Source: Candidatus Poribacteria bacterium (GTDB lineage Bacteria > Poribacteria > WGA-4E > WGA-3G). From it: a stretch of 64,000 nt of DNA. Position 1 is the first letter of the stretch; every line of letters starts with the position of its first letter. Below the pieces are notes generated by a model. That model did not search any database and was not told the origin of the DNA. It was given only the letters and a program-made list of their open reading frames with translations. Made by a program: the position numbers and the translations under genes. Positions 1 through 11,834 of the stretch are shown here, piece by piece. The stretch lies in NCBI GenBank assembly GCA_965214095.1, contig OZ243938.1, positions 1,728,001 to 1,792,000 on the forward strand, given 5' to 3'.

Positions 1-185
1 ACATCTGTCAGATCGCTCAATGTCGCGTCTTTAGAGGATAACCATTCTGAAACAGCACGCCACGCGGGCTGATAGGCACGTCTGGAGTTGGGAGATAGGG
101 CATCTCACGCAATACCAATACGAAGTTTATCATCATCAGTGAGTTGTAAGTCTGTTCTCGTTTCAATCGGTACTAATGCTTGCAT
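1..185 (-). pseudogene. Tyrosine recombinase/integrase N-terminal (SAM-like) fragment with in-frame stop; continues off the left edge
   Basis: Manual translation from ATG at 185 gives MQALVPIETRTDLQLTDDDKLRIGIA*DALSPNSRRAYQPAWRAVSEWLSSK. LSPNSRRAY..W...W resembles the integrase core-binding helix motif. TGA at 105-107. Confidence 0.55.
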
Positions 186-877
186 CGTCTTTGTCCTCAT
201 CCAGTTGTTTATTTTCTTCTGTAACAGGGTCTTTTTCTAAAAGTGGATTTGCTCCTTTGTGGTGGTTTATCAAAACACAATTCTCAATAGTTAGGTGGTA
301 CCAGATATAGCCATACTTGCCTAAACTATGGGATACAACGTTTCCGCGTATCTCTACAAAATCATCCGTATTAAGATGGCGAAGTGAATAGGTTTGATCA
401 CGCCTAAATGAGCAACGCACTTCATCACCACGAAGCATAATTCCGATTTCACTTCTAAGTCTACTTTGCTCCAGTAGTCGTTCATATTCACTCTCTATGT
501 GCTTCGTGTCATTTTCTATTTTGGCTATCCGCATTTTCATTACAGCAATATGAGGTGAGGGATCCGCTCCCCAAAGCACAACGGTCGTTTTATATTGATT
601 GACAAATCCAATATGAGACAAGTCTTTTTTATCTATCCTCTTGATCTTACCTTTGACAATGTATACTTTTAGGGGAGTGACCGGGTGGCAAAGCAATACG
701 CGGAACACCAGGTTGAATTGAATCATCGCTATATTTCTTGTTGGCACCGTATGCATCCCTACGATAATGAGACATCAATTCTTCCGCACTCACGCTCACA
801 ACATCTGATGCTTTCTCACTCACAACCTCTGATATATCATCTTTGTTTTCTGAATGTTGATGTTGCTTGTCTTTCAT
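163..877 (-). pseudogene. Frameshifted OB-fold (tRNA_anti-like) protein
   Basis: ORF 647..877 has VSAEELMSHY..DAYGANKKY and ORF 163..756 continues KVYIVKGKI...VRCSF...VEIRGNV...LTIENCVL. These read as two halves of a tRNA_anti-like OB fold, with a frameshift near 670-720. Confidence 0.55.
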
Positions 878-1096
878 TATATAACGCTAGTTTAACGTGA
901 TTTTGAACTGATCTTGGGTCATGTCTCTCCGAACTGTGTTCACTAATTAACGATGTATCCGTGCGGGGATGCTATTCCAAAGGGACAGGGCGGTTTTCAC
1001 CTTTTTAAACTAACTCTTTCTTTCGTATTCCTACCTAAAAACGCCTGTCCTGTTCATATCTTACCTACTCAATCGATAAGGAATGCTAATACTTGT

Positions 1097-1558
1097 CTAT
1101 GCTATTAGATAGCAAGGGATGGCTGATTCCGCAGGGTAACATTCATCTTTTGTGGGATGCCTATAACCATATCTTGGATAACGGGCAGATAACTTTTCTA
1201 TCTCCTTTTGGAGCACCGCTTCACAGAGGGGATTTTTGGGTTCATAATAGAGACTGCTTCTATTGAAACCGAGTTTGTCACAAATCTGTCGCACAGAGTA
1301 ATCAGTTCACAAAGTCTGGACAATGCCTCGTTTTTCAGCCGAGGTCAACTTAGCAAGGTTGAGAGACTTTTTTTGGATGTCCAATTCCAAGGTCAATTTG
1401 CCAACAAGTTGTTCAAGTTGAGTGATTCGCTGTTGAAACGCATTGGTCTGTTTATCAATAGGTTCAAAGAGAGTTGCCGCATTTTCAAGAAGTTGGCGTT
1501 TCTACTTTGAGAACTGGACATCGCTGAGGTTATGTTTGCGACACAGTTCCGCTGGCAG
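1097..1558 (-). mobile_element. IS3-family transposase remnant (orfA end / orfB start)
   Basis: Translation AELCRKHNLSDVQFSK*KRQLL...LEQLVGKLTLELDIQKKS, with an A7G run, then VRQICDKLGFNRSSLYY...YPRYGYR. Contains internal stops and is truncated. Confidence 0.85.
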
Positions 1559-1567
1559 TACATCTAT

Positions 1568-1636
1568 TATAGTTATATAAAGACTGTATTCAAGTATAAC
1601 TTGATTAATATAATAAATTGGCGTATTATAACTATA
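1568..1636. repeat. ~69-bp AT-rich dispersed element with TATAGTTATA...TATAACTATA ends (family G)
   Basis: Terminal inverted repeat; the reverse complement aligns with 9282-9349. Related copies at 24569-24637, 29360-29429 and 54466-54534, with a subtype at 49689-49756 and 54044-54112. Confidence 0.6.
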
Positions 1637-1919
1637 TTTATATGAATTATCATGTTATTGTGTTTGATAACTCATTATCCTGAACCATTATACAAAGATA
1701 TAATGCGACACAGTTATCTGAGAATAATTTTACATTTCAAAATCGCAGTTATGATTTATCTAATAAGAAGATAATCCTGTGATTTTTTATGTTCTTACAC
1801 AACCTACTCATACAATGATCAGAGTGGACGGTGTATTCTGATCATTGCTTTTTAACATATTGCAGGAGTATTTACGATGAGAAAGTATTCATGGATTTTA
1901 TTTATCGCTTTAAGCTGGA

Positions 1920-3025
1920 TTGCTGCACGGAGACCCATCCGCAGCTTCTGCAATTGGACGGCAGCACGGAGCTGAACTTGTCATCACTGGAAAAGCGTTT
2001 CCGAATGATACACTGATTAGTTTCGGTCTATATACCAGCCGGGCAACAACCGAAATACGGATGTTAGATGTTGACACTGCAACCATATTCGTTGCCAAAT
2101 CTCAAACGGGTAGCGGGTCTGATCTCACACAAAACATGGCAACGCAAAAGGCGTTCCAGAATGCTGGAGAACTCCTCGCTGATTATCTGATGAAACAGAT
2201 TGAGGATAATTGGAAAAGACATGCACCGAAAGCCTACGAAGTTTCGTTGAGTGTGTCTGAACTAACTTTTAGCCAACTTGTGCAGTTAGAGCAACTCCTA
2301 CAAAATTGGAGAGGAATTGATGCTGTTAATTTACGAAGTTTTGAGGCTGGCACTGCTGTCATTGGTGTTGAAACAGGAATCAGTGCACAACAATTAGCAG
2401 GACACCTTGTCACAAAACCGCTAAATCAGTTTTCGTTGGATGTCAAGAACTTCACCACTATGCAAATTGATATTGAAGTGAGAAGAGCCGTCGCACTCTA
2501 CGATATACAATTGGTTATCGCGAATATGACTTTTGAGGAACTGATCCTACTTGAACAAGCATTGAAAAAATGGGAGGGATAAAGTCTGTCTCCCTTCAAG
2601 CTTTTGATGATGGGAACGCTGTGTTTGATATACATGCTGAGCAAGATGCACAGCATTTAGCACATGAACTGGAACGAAAACCGATCAATGCGTTTGCATT
2701 AGATGTTAAGAATTTCACACCAACTCAGATCAATATTAATGTGATAAGAGCAACCAGCGTTAACGATATGCAATTAATTATTTCACCCTTGGCTTTCAAT
2801 CAGTTGGTCAAATTCCAAAAGGTATTAAAAGAATGGACAGGGGTTAATACGGTATATCTTAGAAGTTTCGACTCGGGTGTTGCGATTATTGAATTACACA
2901 CCGAGAACGGCACACAGCAGTTAGCAGAAGAGTTGGCAAGTAAACCGTTCAAGGCGTTTGCTCTAAATGTCACCAATTTTACGCCTGACCGGATCAACAT
3001 CAGTGTAGAAACTGAAGCTGAATGA
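1920..3025 (+). pseudogene. 5'-truncated, frameshifted protein: CsgG/FlgT-like segment plus three tandem ~85-aa domains
   Basis: ORFs 1920..2582 and 2570..3025 join at TGGGAGGGATAAAG (one G missing). Three repeats of the pattern L..W.GI..V.LRSF..G.A......AQQLA..L..KP...F.L.VKNFT...I.I.V. Confidence 0.65.
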
Positions 3026-3050
3026 TAAAATATCAAAGGAAATACTACTC

Positions 3051-4544
3051 ATGAAAAAGATCTTGTTCACGAATGTTTTTATATTTCTAATCGTTTCCAC
3101 TAACTATCTACCAATATGTTTTGCACAAGACTATACGCAATGGAACCTACCTGAAGGTGCGAAAGCACGACTCGGGAAAGGTTCAACCTACGAAATAAAG
3201 TATTCCCCCGATGGTACCAAATTAGCAGTGGCAAGCAACATCGGTATATGGATTTACGATGCACAGACTGGACAGGAATTGGATCTATGGCATACGGGTT
3301 CGGTCTACAGCGTAGCGTTTAGTCCGGATAGAAACACACTCGCAACTGGGGGTTATGACGGAACTATCCGGCTGTGGAACGCACACACTGGACAACATAT
3401 CAGAACACTCACGGGGCATACGGGTTCAGTCTTCAGCGTGGCGTTTAGTCCGGATGGCAACACAATCGCAACTGGGAGTGCGGACGGCACGGTGCTGCTG
3501 TGGGAACTCAATCCTACACCAACATCAAACACCGCAGTCAGCCTTTCACCAGTTAGTGTTGCGTCCCCAGGTGTCGGTGAGCAACTCACCTTCACTCTCA
3601 ATATCACAAAAGGTCAAAACGTCGCGGGTTACCAAGCCACTGTGCAGTTTGACACAACTATCCTTCGCTATGTAGAGAGTGCCAATGGCGACTATCTGCC
3701 TGCCGGTGCGTTCTTCATTCCACACGTTGTTGAAGGCAATACTGTATAACTTGCAGCGTCCTCTCTTGCGGGGGAAGCGATGGGAGATGGCGCGCTTGCT
3801 ACCATCACGTTTGAAGTTGTTGCTGTCAAAGCCTCCACCGTGAGTCTGTCTGACGTGCTACTAACAAACAAGGATGGTAATAGTTCAACGCCACAAATAG
3901 AAGCCGCAGAGATTACCGAACCCTCGCAATTACCGGAGGATGTCAATGGTGACAGTGTTGTGAACATTGTAGACTTAACCTTGGTCGCCTCTAACTTCGG
4001 TAAAACAGGAGAGAACGCTGCGGATGTCAATGGAGACGGTGTCGTGAATATCGTCGATTTGACACTGGTAGCGGCTGCGTTTGGAAACACAGCCGCCGCA
4101 CCTATTATCTGGAGTTTCGATTCGAAGATCGCTCCGACAAGAGCGGATGTAGCAGCATGACTAAACGAAGCACGGCAGCTAAACTTAGCTGATCCTGGTT
4201 TCCAGCGTGGTATATTGATATTGGAACAACTCCTTGCATGGCTTACTCCGAAAAATACCGCATTGTTACCGAACTACCCAAACCCATTCAACCCGGAAAC
4301 ATGGATACCTTATCAACTTGCAGCCCCTGCTGATGTCAGTATATCAATCTACACAGCAGATGGTAAGTTGATACGAACATTGGACTTAGGACACCAACCT
4401 GTTGGCATATATCAACATCGTAGCCATGCAGCCCAGTGGGATGGTAAAAACGCACAAGGTGAACTTGTCGCAAGCGGTGTGTATTTTTATATGCTCACTG
4501 CAGGAAATTTCACCGCTACACGTAAAATGTTAATAAAAAAGTAA
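3051..4544 (+). pseudogene. Secreted WD40-cohesin-dockerin-FlgD_Ig/T9SS-like CTD protein with two in-frame nonsense codons
   Basis: ORFs 3051, 3780 and 4215 share one frame. TAA at 3747-3749 lies in the cohesin. TGA at 4158-4160 lies where paralogs have Trp (DVAA*LNEA vs DVKRWLNQA). Signal peptide, WD repeats, DVNGD dockerin and LPNYPNPFNPETWIPY CTD present. Confidence 0.85.
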
Positions 4545-4589
4545 ATTTATTATCGGTGTGACTTCTGTGCTTTCTTCGGATAGAGATAG

Positions 4590-6761
4590 ATGTCACACCT
4601 TACAAAACAGGAGAACTCACACTTGAAAACGAGACTATGTTTCACACTACTTACTTTTGTAATACTTATGTTTGTGCCGAACAGTTTTGCACAAGACACG
4701 ACACCTGAATATGTTGTGCGTGTCATCTATTTTATCCCAAATGACCGTCAACCTAAGCCTGACATAGACAAAGTATTGGATACACATATAAAAGAGGCAC
4801 AGCAATTTTTCGCAGACCAGTTGGAGGCTCACGGGTTTGACAGAAAAACATTTAGAATTGAAACCGATGATGCCGGAGATGCTATTGTTCATCATGTTAA
4901 CGGACAGCACGACGATGCATATTATCAGAATCCTTCTATTGGTGGATCCGGCAGCACCGTGAGCGAAATTGCAGAACAATTTGATATGTCAAAAAATATC
5001 TATTATATTGCTTTGGATAGTAGTAGTGTTTACCTTGATAGCGGACAAACAACGGGTTGGGCTTATGGAAATAGCGTGAGCGGCGTAACGTTTGTTACAG
5101 TGCATGAGAATGTTCCCACTATTCATGAACTCGGACATGCTTTTGGATTGTCACATGATTACCGTTCTAACTTTAAGGCAAAAAGAATTTACACTAATTC
5201 AAACTTCCGCGAACTGATGACAACCACTTTCTGTGCGGCAGAATGGTTATATGCACACCGATATTTCAACTCAAATCCAGGTGAAGTTAATAACAACACG
5301 GATATTCAATTTCAGCCTGCCGAACTTATTGAACCACCGACTAAAATACGTCTCCGATTTACATTAACTGATCCTGATGGTCTCCACCAAGTACAGTTGC
5401 ATCATCCGCAAGGGTTTCTACCAGAAGAATATAGTCATCTTGCAGGAAGAAACGAGTCAACTTTAGCTGCTTTTCAAAGATTGAGCGGTAATCATGATAC
5501 TGCAGAATTTGTAACTCGTGATTTGGTAGGACCTGATAATTTAACTTCTGAATCCATCAGAATATGGCTGGGAGTTATGGATATGCATGGAAACTTTACA
5601 AGGCATCCGTTCGATATTGATATGACGCAGCTTCTGTCACCACATGCTGATGTTTCAATACCTGATCCGAATTTAGCATCGGTAATCCGAGAAGAACTCG
5701 GTTTGGCATCCGATGATGCAATAACGAATCTGAATATGTTGCAGTTAACGAAACTCTTGGCTGTTGATCGTAATATAAAGAACCTTACGGGGCTTGAAAG
5801 GGCAATCTACCTGCGTGAATTAAATCTGTTAGCTAATCAAATTAAGGACATAACCCACCTCTCACAATTGACACATTTGACAGACTTATCTCTTGGGTTT
5901 AATGAAATTCGAGACATCACACATCTCACAGATTTAAACCAATTGAGAAGTTTATTTTTAGGGGATAATCCTATCAGTGACATCACAGTTCTCACATCAT
6001 TGAACAGCTTAAAGAGTTTGTCCATCATGGGTACGAACTCCAGTAATAAACCGATCTTTGATATCAGTCCAGTCTGGGAGTTGACACAACTGAGTTATTT
6101 ATCACTCAGATCTTTAAAGATTAGCGATCTTTCTCCGCTCACAAACTTTACAGACTTAACACAATTACAACTCTCTAATAATCTAATCAGCGACATTACG
6201 CCGTTGACAGGATTGACAGGATTAACAAAAGTAAGCCTCAATGGCAATGTAATTAGTGATGTAAGCCCCCTCACAACATTAACAAATCTTAATGTCTTAA
6301 ATCTACAAGATAATCCAATTAAGAACAGAAAACCGCTCTTTGAACTTTTGAAAAAGAATCCAGACATCGAAATAAACCTTAAGTGGGGTGGAAAACCGTT
6401 ACCCGTTAATCTATCTCACTTCCGTGCAGAACAGACCAATGCAGGTGTTTTGCTCAAATGGACAACCGAATCAGAGGTAGATAACGCTGGATTTTATATT
6501 TACCGCAGTGAAACAAAGGATGGTGAATTCAAAGTTGTTAATCCTCAAATGATACGGGGTGCTGGCACCATAGGTGAACGTAACGAATACACGTGGACAG
6601 ATACCACCGCTAAACCGAATACTGTCTACTATTATCGGATAGAGGATGTCTCACATGCGGGTGTGCGGGAACAGTTAGCAACAGTTCGCTTGAAAGGGTT
6701 TATGTCGGCTAAGGATAAGTTGTTATTGAAATGGAGTGATTTGAAATATCTTCGTCAGTGA
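4590..6761 (+). CDS. Secreted zinc metallopeptidase-like (HELGHAFGLSH) protein with internalin-type LRRs and a PLPVxLS..WTTESEVDNAGF C-terminal domain
   Basis: HExxHxxGxxH motif, 22-aa LRRs and signal peptide. The start may be TTG 4623 after CAGGAG. Confidence 0.85.
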   Translation: MSHLTKQENSHLKTRLCFTLLTFVILMFVPNSFAQDTTPEYVVRVIYFIPNDRQPKPDIDKVLDTHIKEAQQFFADQLEAHGFDRKTFRIETDDAGDAIVHHVNGQHDDAYYQNPSIGGSGSTVSEIAEQFDMSKNIYYIALDSSSVYLDSGQTTGWAYGNSVSGVTFVTVHENVPTIHELGHAFGLSHDYRSNFKAKRIYTNSNFRELMTTTFCAAEWLYAHRYFNSNPGEVNNNTDIQFQPAELIEPPTKIRLRFTLTDPDGLHQVQLHHPQGFLPEEYSHLAGRNESTLAAFQRLSGNHDTAEFVTRDLVGPDNLTSESIRIWLGVMDMHGNFTRHPFDIDMTQLLSPHADVSIPDPNLASVIREELGLASDDAITNLNMLQLTKLLAVDRNIKNLTGLERAIYLRELNLLANQIKDITHLSQLTHLTDLSLGFNEIRDITHLTDLNQLRSLFLGDNPISDITVLTSLNSLKSLSIMGTNSSNKPIFDISPVWELTQLSYLSLRSLKISDLSPLTNFTDLTQLQLSNNLISDITPLTGLTGLTKVSLNGNVISDVSPLTTLTNLNVLNLQDNPIKNRKPLFELLKKNPDIEINLKWGGKPLPVNLSHFRAEQTNAGVLLKWTTESEVDNAGFYIYRSETKDGEFKVVNPQMIRGAGTIGERNEYTWTDTTAKPNTVYYYRIEDVSHAGVREQLATVRLKGFMSAKDKLLLKWSDLKYLRQ

Positions 6762-7044
6762 TCTACGTGCAACAGAGGATAGTGATTTTTGTGTAAACAA
6801 GATCCTTGAATGGAGAGAAGAATAATGTATGAACGATCATAAGTCTGTACTCACATATCTAATCAGATTAAGGTATTGTCAGATGCCAAGGCATTCGGAT
6901 GCAGCAGTTCAAGAACAAATAACAAATGATCTAATAGAAATCCTGCGGAACAACATCACGCTCTTGTAGGGCTAAGTTAACCTGCCCTGCAGCGCGCAAA
7001 TAATTATGGGGTTACTATAACATAAATTTTATAAGGAGATATCA

Positions 7045-7503
7045 ATGCAACAACTGAATCTAACTCTCACAGTTATATTATTATTCAGTCTTACTATTGG
7101 CTGTTCAAGGATAAAAAGTACTTCCGTTGACGAAGGGCAAGAAGAATCTGGGACACAACTTAAACTTGACCAAACATACGATACAATCAGAAAAGGTACG
7201 CGCCTCATCATGAGTTATAACGTACAAACCAATACCTTTGAAGGTACGGTGGAAAACACCACTGGCGAAACGTTGCAACAAGTCCGCGTTGAAGTCCATT
7301 TATCTAATGGGGTAGAACTTGGACCAACACCATCGGTTGACCTGTCACCTGGTGAAAAGAGAGATGTTAAACTTACTGCAATAGGTAAAGATTTTAACGG
7401 ATGGACACCCCATGCCGAAGTTGGGGACGGTGAACATGGTGGTGAGGGTGAGGGTGAGGATGAACATGGTGGTGAAGGTGAGGGTGATGGTGAACATCAA
7501 TAG
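7045..7503 (+). CDS. Lipoprotein with FxLYD-like Ig domain and Gly/Glu/His-rich tail (paralog 1 of 4)
   Basis: AAGGAG RBS, LTIGC lipobox, GTVENTT..L..VRVEVHLSNGVELGPT core, tail EHGGEGEGEDEHGGEGEGDGEHQ. Confidence 0.85.
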   Translation: MQQLNLTLTVILLFSLTIGCSRIKSTSVDEGQEESGTQLKLDQTYDTIRKGTRLIMSYNVQTNTFEGTVENTTGETLQQVRVEVHLSNGVELGPTPSVDLSPGEKRDVKLTAIGKDFNGWTPHAEVGDGEHGGEGEGEDEHGGEGEGDGEHQ

Positions 7504-7527
7504 CTGATGCCCCCACGAAAGAGGAAA

Positions 7528-8125
7528 ATGATTGACAATCAACGAATTATACGAACGCGTTACATTCTATGCTTATTGATAAACCTTTACCTTTTCTCAT
7601 GTGGCAAAAGCGTTGATTTTATCAAATTGGATACGTCAGTTAAAACCATTTTGTCACAAGTCGCCTTACTGTTCCAAAGATAGAAGTAACGGAGCAGGAA
7701 CATCCGATTCAATTTGTTATCGAGAGCAAAAAGAATCAATATCAATCAGGTATCTATTATGGTCAGATTTGGTATAAGAATAACGAAGGTAAGCCGCAGG
7801 TTTTTGACTACTTGGTACATTTTTCTGATGCTGTGCAGACGGATAGGTATATTTTTGTGCCTGTTCGTTATGGATGGGGCGGAACGGGAATCTTTTACTA
7901 TTTGACAGCGATTGATAAACGGAACTTGATAGGTGCGAATTCTGCGTATATCGGGATCGTGTCAAAATTATCAATGTCAAAGTGATTGACACAAGCACTG
8001 ATACTGTCTCTATCACCTACATTGAACGCGAAGCAGGTGATACATATCCAACCGTGAACAAGCGTTTCAAAAAACTGGCAATTGAACAAAACCTGAAAAT
8101 ATTGCTGTTATTAGAAGAAAACTGA
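7528..8125 (+). pseudogene. Frameshifted paralog of lipoprotein 17691..18296
   Basis: DNA is colinear with the reverse complement of 17691-18281 (MIDNQRIIRT..., ...GGTGIFYYLTAIDKRNLIG..., ...LAIEQNLKILLLLEE). Broken by frameshifts near 7665 and 7955. Confidence 0.8.
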
Positions 8126-8179
8126 ATAATTGAAACTTCCTGCAGCAGATGTGATTGTAGTATTTAATTCTCAATCGGT

Positions 8180-8340
8180 CGGTGTGTAAGTTTCTTACAT
8201 GATTACTCTTTTCTTTTTTAGGAAGGTTTCAACCTTGACACATGCTCCACAAGCGTTTGTTGTTGATTTGAATAAAACGGGTTTACAAAGTCCACCTACA
8301 AGAGAAATGATATGGTTAATGCCAAGATACTTACACACCC
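8180..8340. mobile_element. MITE with GGTGTGTAAGT...ACTTACACACC ends, related to the ISKra4/ISLre2-type end at 24684
   Basis: 11-bp inverted termini. Flanks TCAATCGGT (8171-8179) and TTACTCGGT (8341-8349) match at 7/9 positions, consistent with a decayed 9-bp target duplication. Confidence 0.65.
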
Positions 8341-8347
8341 TTACTCG

Positions 8348-8796
8348 GTAAAAGTCCTGATTACTTTGACTTTGAGTCTGCCGTTGCAAGCTTCTGAGGA
8401 AGCAAAGTTGAAAGCAGTTTAAGATGCTAAACAAGATTTCGAACCTTTCAGATGGATTGCTACAAGTATCGGATGTACAATTTTTGGATGCCTTGCTGGA
8501 GGTTTAACAGCGGAAGGTCTTGACAGTAGTGGGGAGTTGATATAACAGACATGGTTGTAGTTTCATCTATGACAGGGACTGCATTAGCATGTTTACCTGC
8601 ACTTGTGTTGTCGAACTCAGTTCCAGTCCATCCATTACCTGATAGGTTATTAGGTAAATCCCCAGAATATATAAACGCCTATTCTATGGAATATTCGTCA
8701 GAAATCAAGGGGTATAGAAGGACACGATTATTAACTGGTACTATTATTACAACGGGTGGTTTTTTAGGTGTGACTTTTATTATGAATAGAAATTAG
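8348..8796 (+). pseudogene. Decayed membrane protein gene
   Basis: Upstream frame VKVLITLTLSLPLQASEEAKLKAV*DAKQDFEPFRWIATSIGCTIFGCLAGG joins ORF 8551..8796 (PLPDRLLGKSPEYINAY) through stops and a frameshift. Confidence 0.5.
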
Positions 8797-8973
8797 CATA
8801 CATCTTCACATAAATTTTGAAAGGATATATATGTTTATTCGAAAGATTGTTACTATTTTAATTGTGTTTACATGTGTGATTTTGTCCAGCTCCGCATCTG
8901 CCTCTGACAGAAAATGGTTATATTATTGCTCAATATCATTCTTATCTTCTAAACTCTTTTCTATAATATCAAC

Positions 8974-9201
8974 CTACCTCTGAAGTTCTTCACTTTTATT
9001 AGTGCTTGATTTCAATTTATTCAAAAACTTTTCGATATCCTTCTCAGAAGCCATAATATTGATACTTGATGCTAAATTTCTCTGAGAGTCCCAATAATAA
9101 TTATATGTTCTGTAGTGTGTAATTGCATATATAGATTCTACAAAAGATAGTGAAGATATAGTACATATAATTATAGCATAGTATTTCTTCAAGTTAATCA
9201 C
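8974..9201 (-). CDS. Small low-GC hypothetical protein, possibly truncated
   Basis: AAGGAGG directly before GTG; hydrophobic N-terminus; no recognisable motif. Confidence 0.35.
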   Translation of the reverse strand: MINLKKYYAIIICTISSLSFVESIYAITHYRTYNYYWDSQRNLASSINIMASEKDIEKFLNKLKSSTNKSEELQR

Positions 9202-9573
9202 CTCCTTATATTTCTAGAGCGTAGCTCATAAATCATTTGTAAGGCGATGTCCCTGTGCCTCGCCATCTCTCACAATGTAACTATAGTTATAATAAGTCGT
9301 TTTATTATATTAATTATACAATATGTTAATAGAGTTTATATATAACCTAATATAGTATTTTTGGAAACAAGAGCGTATCTCGCAAATAACGTGAGTTCTA
9401 TAAGATGCGTTATAACGGTAGTTGAGGCGGGATTCCGCGGAGTGTTTTCGGGCTTTTTCACTGATTATTGATACTCTTTCACCAGTGTTTTCAAGGGACG
9501 GATGTTTCTTGGCGGTGTCCTGATACTATTCCAATCGGTGTCATCAATCAATAGAGAGTCTTGGACAAGGGGT

Positions 9574-9677
9574 GTTGAAAGGATGGTCAAGGTATATCAA
9601 GTCCACCGTTTCAGACTCCATGCCCGCATAATATCAAGATTATCTACCACGAAAAGCGTTTGGTTTTGTACGTTCAC
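9574..9677 (-). pseudogene. N6/N4 DNA methyltransferase N-terminal fragment
   Basis: Translation across one frameshift gives VNVQNQTLFVVDNLDIM/GMESETVDLIYLDHPFN, matching the GDNL...SVDLIYLDPPFN motif. GGAG RBS upstream. Confidence 0.7.
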
Positions 9678-9734
9678 AATAGCAACTCCAAGTATCTCAT
9701 GCTTTCGGAAACAGAAGATCGTGCCCAAATATAT

Positions 9735-9837
9735 TATAGTAGATTTTGAAATTACTTGAACACTCTGCATCGGCGAGGTTAGGAAACCTCGCCTACCGTG
9801 GGTCGAAATTGTCAACTTATATTTATAATTCACTATA
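9735..9837 (+). mobile_element. 103-bp MITE family A (TATAGT ends, central GGCGAGGTT-AGGA-AACCTCGCC-TAC hairpin), copy 1
   Basis: Near-identical to 13077-13179 and 60621-60723; reverse copies at 49989-50090 and 50916-51018. Confidence 0.9.
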
Positions 9838-9932
9838 ATCATAATTCGTATAGTTAACATACAAACTTCGTACACGATGGTAAGTAACAGCATCATATAG
9901 ATTTATAGGAAATCAAAGGAAATTTTGAAACC

Positions 9933-10619
9933 ATGAAAACAAAACATTTATCATTAGCCTTAATCGGTAGTATTCTGATTATAATTTTTAGCATAACAGG
10001 ATGTTCCGAGACGCCTTATACAGGTCCGGTCCTCTCTATTGACCACATAGATACATACCTTAATGCAACAGGTGAAGATACCGTTTGCCTGCAGGACGGA
10101 TTTGATTCCGTTTGCGTCAAACTTGATCTGGATAAAATAGAGATTGATGGTGCAGATATAGGTTACACACCTACTGTCCATGTGCATCCAGAAAACATTG
10201 CTTATGTATTTGAGTATCAAGGAAGTCCTATTTTGCAAGCCAAAAGAACAATGGATACCACAGAACTCGTGCAGCAATTAGAAGATGCAGGTAAAGTTAA
10301 TCTACCCTCAACCGGACATAATCTGAACGTTGCCTCCATTCCTGAAGGATGGACTATCCAGATATATTCCACTGCTCCAATGAATGTCAGAGTTGTAGAA
10401 GGATTAACCATAGGCACTAACAAGAAAAAAGACCTTGGGATAACCCAAACGACACACATTGAGGGTGGCGTTCAATTTTCCGTTGAAACGAAGGTCGCGG
10501 AAATAACGATTCAAGTCAATGGGTTGATCCCAGGCAACACAGCTACATTCCATATCAGTGCAGATAGCATTGATTCTGATGATAACACTAATATTTTGAA
10601 GTTAGAACCGGTACAATAA
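9933..10619 (+). CDS. Hypothetical lipoprotein
   Basis: ITGC lipobox; the N-terminal domain with two Cys is shared with the downstream paralog. Confidence 0.8.
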   Translation: MKTKHLSLALIGSILIIIFSITGCSETPYTGPVLSIDHIDTYLNATGEDTVCLQDGFDSVCVKLDLDKIEIDGADIGYTPTVHVHPENIAYVFEYQGSPILQAKRTMDTTELVQQLEDAGKVNLPSTGHNLNVASIPEGWTIQIYSTAPMNVRVVEGLTIGTNKKKDLGITQTTHIEGGVQFSVETKVAEITIQVNGLIPGNTATFHISADSIDSDDNTNILKLEPVQ

Positions 10620-10640
10620 CCATTAAGAAAGGAGTAATAC

Positions 10641-11489
10641 GTGGCAAACTTACAGAGTGTCATGTCAAGAATTCAACTATTATTGTTCGGATTCATCAGT
10701 AGCATACTAATTGTTCTTTTCAGTATAGTAGGGTGTTCCGATCCTTCCCATACGGGGTCGATTGTTTCATCTACAGGTTCAATGCTAACACATGCGGATG
10801 TGGACGATTATCTCACCTCCATTCGTGGTGGGAGATATTGCATTCATAATGACACGGATTCCGCCTGTATTGATCTTGTCCCACTTGTAAATGGCGCGGT
10901 AGATACCAATGGACCTATCATCCACATTTATCCAGAAAAAACAGTTTATCTGTTCCATTATGAAGGCAAACCAATTGTGCGAGCCGAAAGGGTAGGGGAT
11001 ACCACCGACTTTGTTGAGAAATTGCCAGATGCAGATCAAGACCCGCCTAAAAGGGGACCGTCTACTCCCGGAAGCAATAACAACGGCGATGACGACAATG
11101 ATGTCAACAACGACAACAGCGATGATGAAACACCTGCGAATCCCGATGACAACAATGACGAAAATCCTGATAATACCGATCCCACTGATAACACCAATGA
11201 TGGACATGGATGGCTTATCTGGATATACTACCCAGAGGGTACAGCACCAATAAATCCGCCAACGCTTAGTGAAAGTAATGTGACAGTTACAATAAATGGT
11301 AAACAATTAACGGATGAAGACATAACAGGCTTTGCACAATTCATCGGAATCGAAGGCGAAAGAGGTATTCAGTTTTTCTATCCAACAGAATCCGCAGAAC
11401 TTTTAGACTTAAAGGTTCAAATGGTTGGAATAACTGATCGTCAAGGTAATGTCCGATTTAATATTAACTATTTATGGAATTCATATTAA
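10641..11489 (+). CDS. Hypothetical lipoprotein, paralog of 9933..10619, with Asp/Asn-rich linker
   Basis: AAGGAG RBS, IVGC lipobox, shared D.YL...C.....DS.C...IH.YPE...Y.F.Y.G.PI..A.R segment. Confidence 0.8.
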   Translation: MANLQSVMSRIQLLLFGFISSILIVLFSIVGCSDPSHTGSIVSSTGSMLTHADVDDYLTSIRGGRYCIHNDTDSACIDLVPLVNGAVDTNGPIIHIYPEKTVYLFHYEGKPIVRAERVGDTTDFVEKLPDADQDPPKRGPSTPGSNNNGDDDNDVNNDNSDDETPANPDDNNDENPDNTDPTDNTNDGHGWLIWIYYPEGTAPINPPTLSESNVTVTINGKQLTDEDITGFAQFIGIEGERGIQFFYPTESAELLDLKVQMVGITDRQGNVRFNINYLWNSY

Positions 11490-11834
11490 CATAATATCAT
11501 CAGTTCTCTGGTTGTGTACATAACGAGAACAGGAAAAAAGAACTTAGGCTAACATAAAATGCATACCCTGTCTCACGTAAAACACCACGAGGGATACCTC
11601 CTAAAAATGCGTTAGAAGCGAGTCTGAACCTTTTTATTTCAAATGCGTCTTCACCTGAAGGCATGCAGGAGGATTATTACACGGAACGGGGAAGGTGTCC
11701 GGGTAGCAGCCATTTGTCTGCAGGAACTTCACTCGTTCGCTGGACGCTTACGTTTTATTCTCAGGGACAAGAGGACATTATTTTAAGACGAACCGAATGC
11801 CGTTGTTTCATCTTCTGCTTGTTGCAAAGTTTAC

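Noticed and set aside
9597-9896. 99-aa ORF sharing sequence with the N-terminus of ORF 60036..60755
   Set aside because: The shared peptide is the translated MITE family A. The true methyltransferase start is 60605. The same artefact extends ORFs 50162 and 56428.
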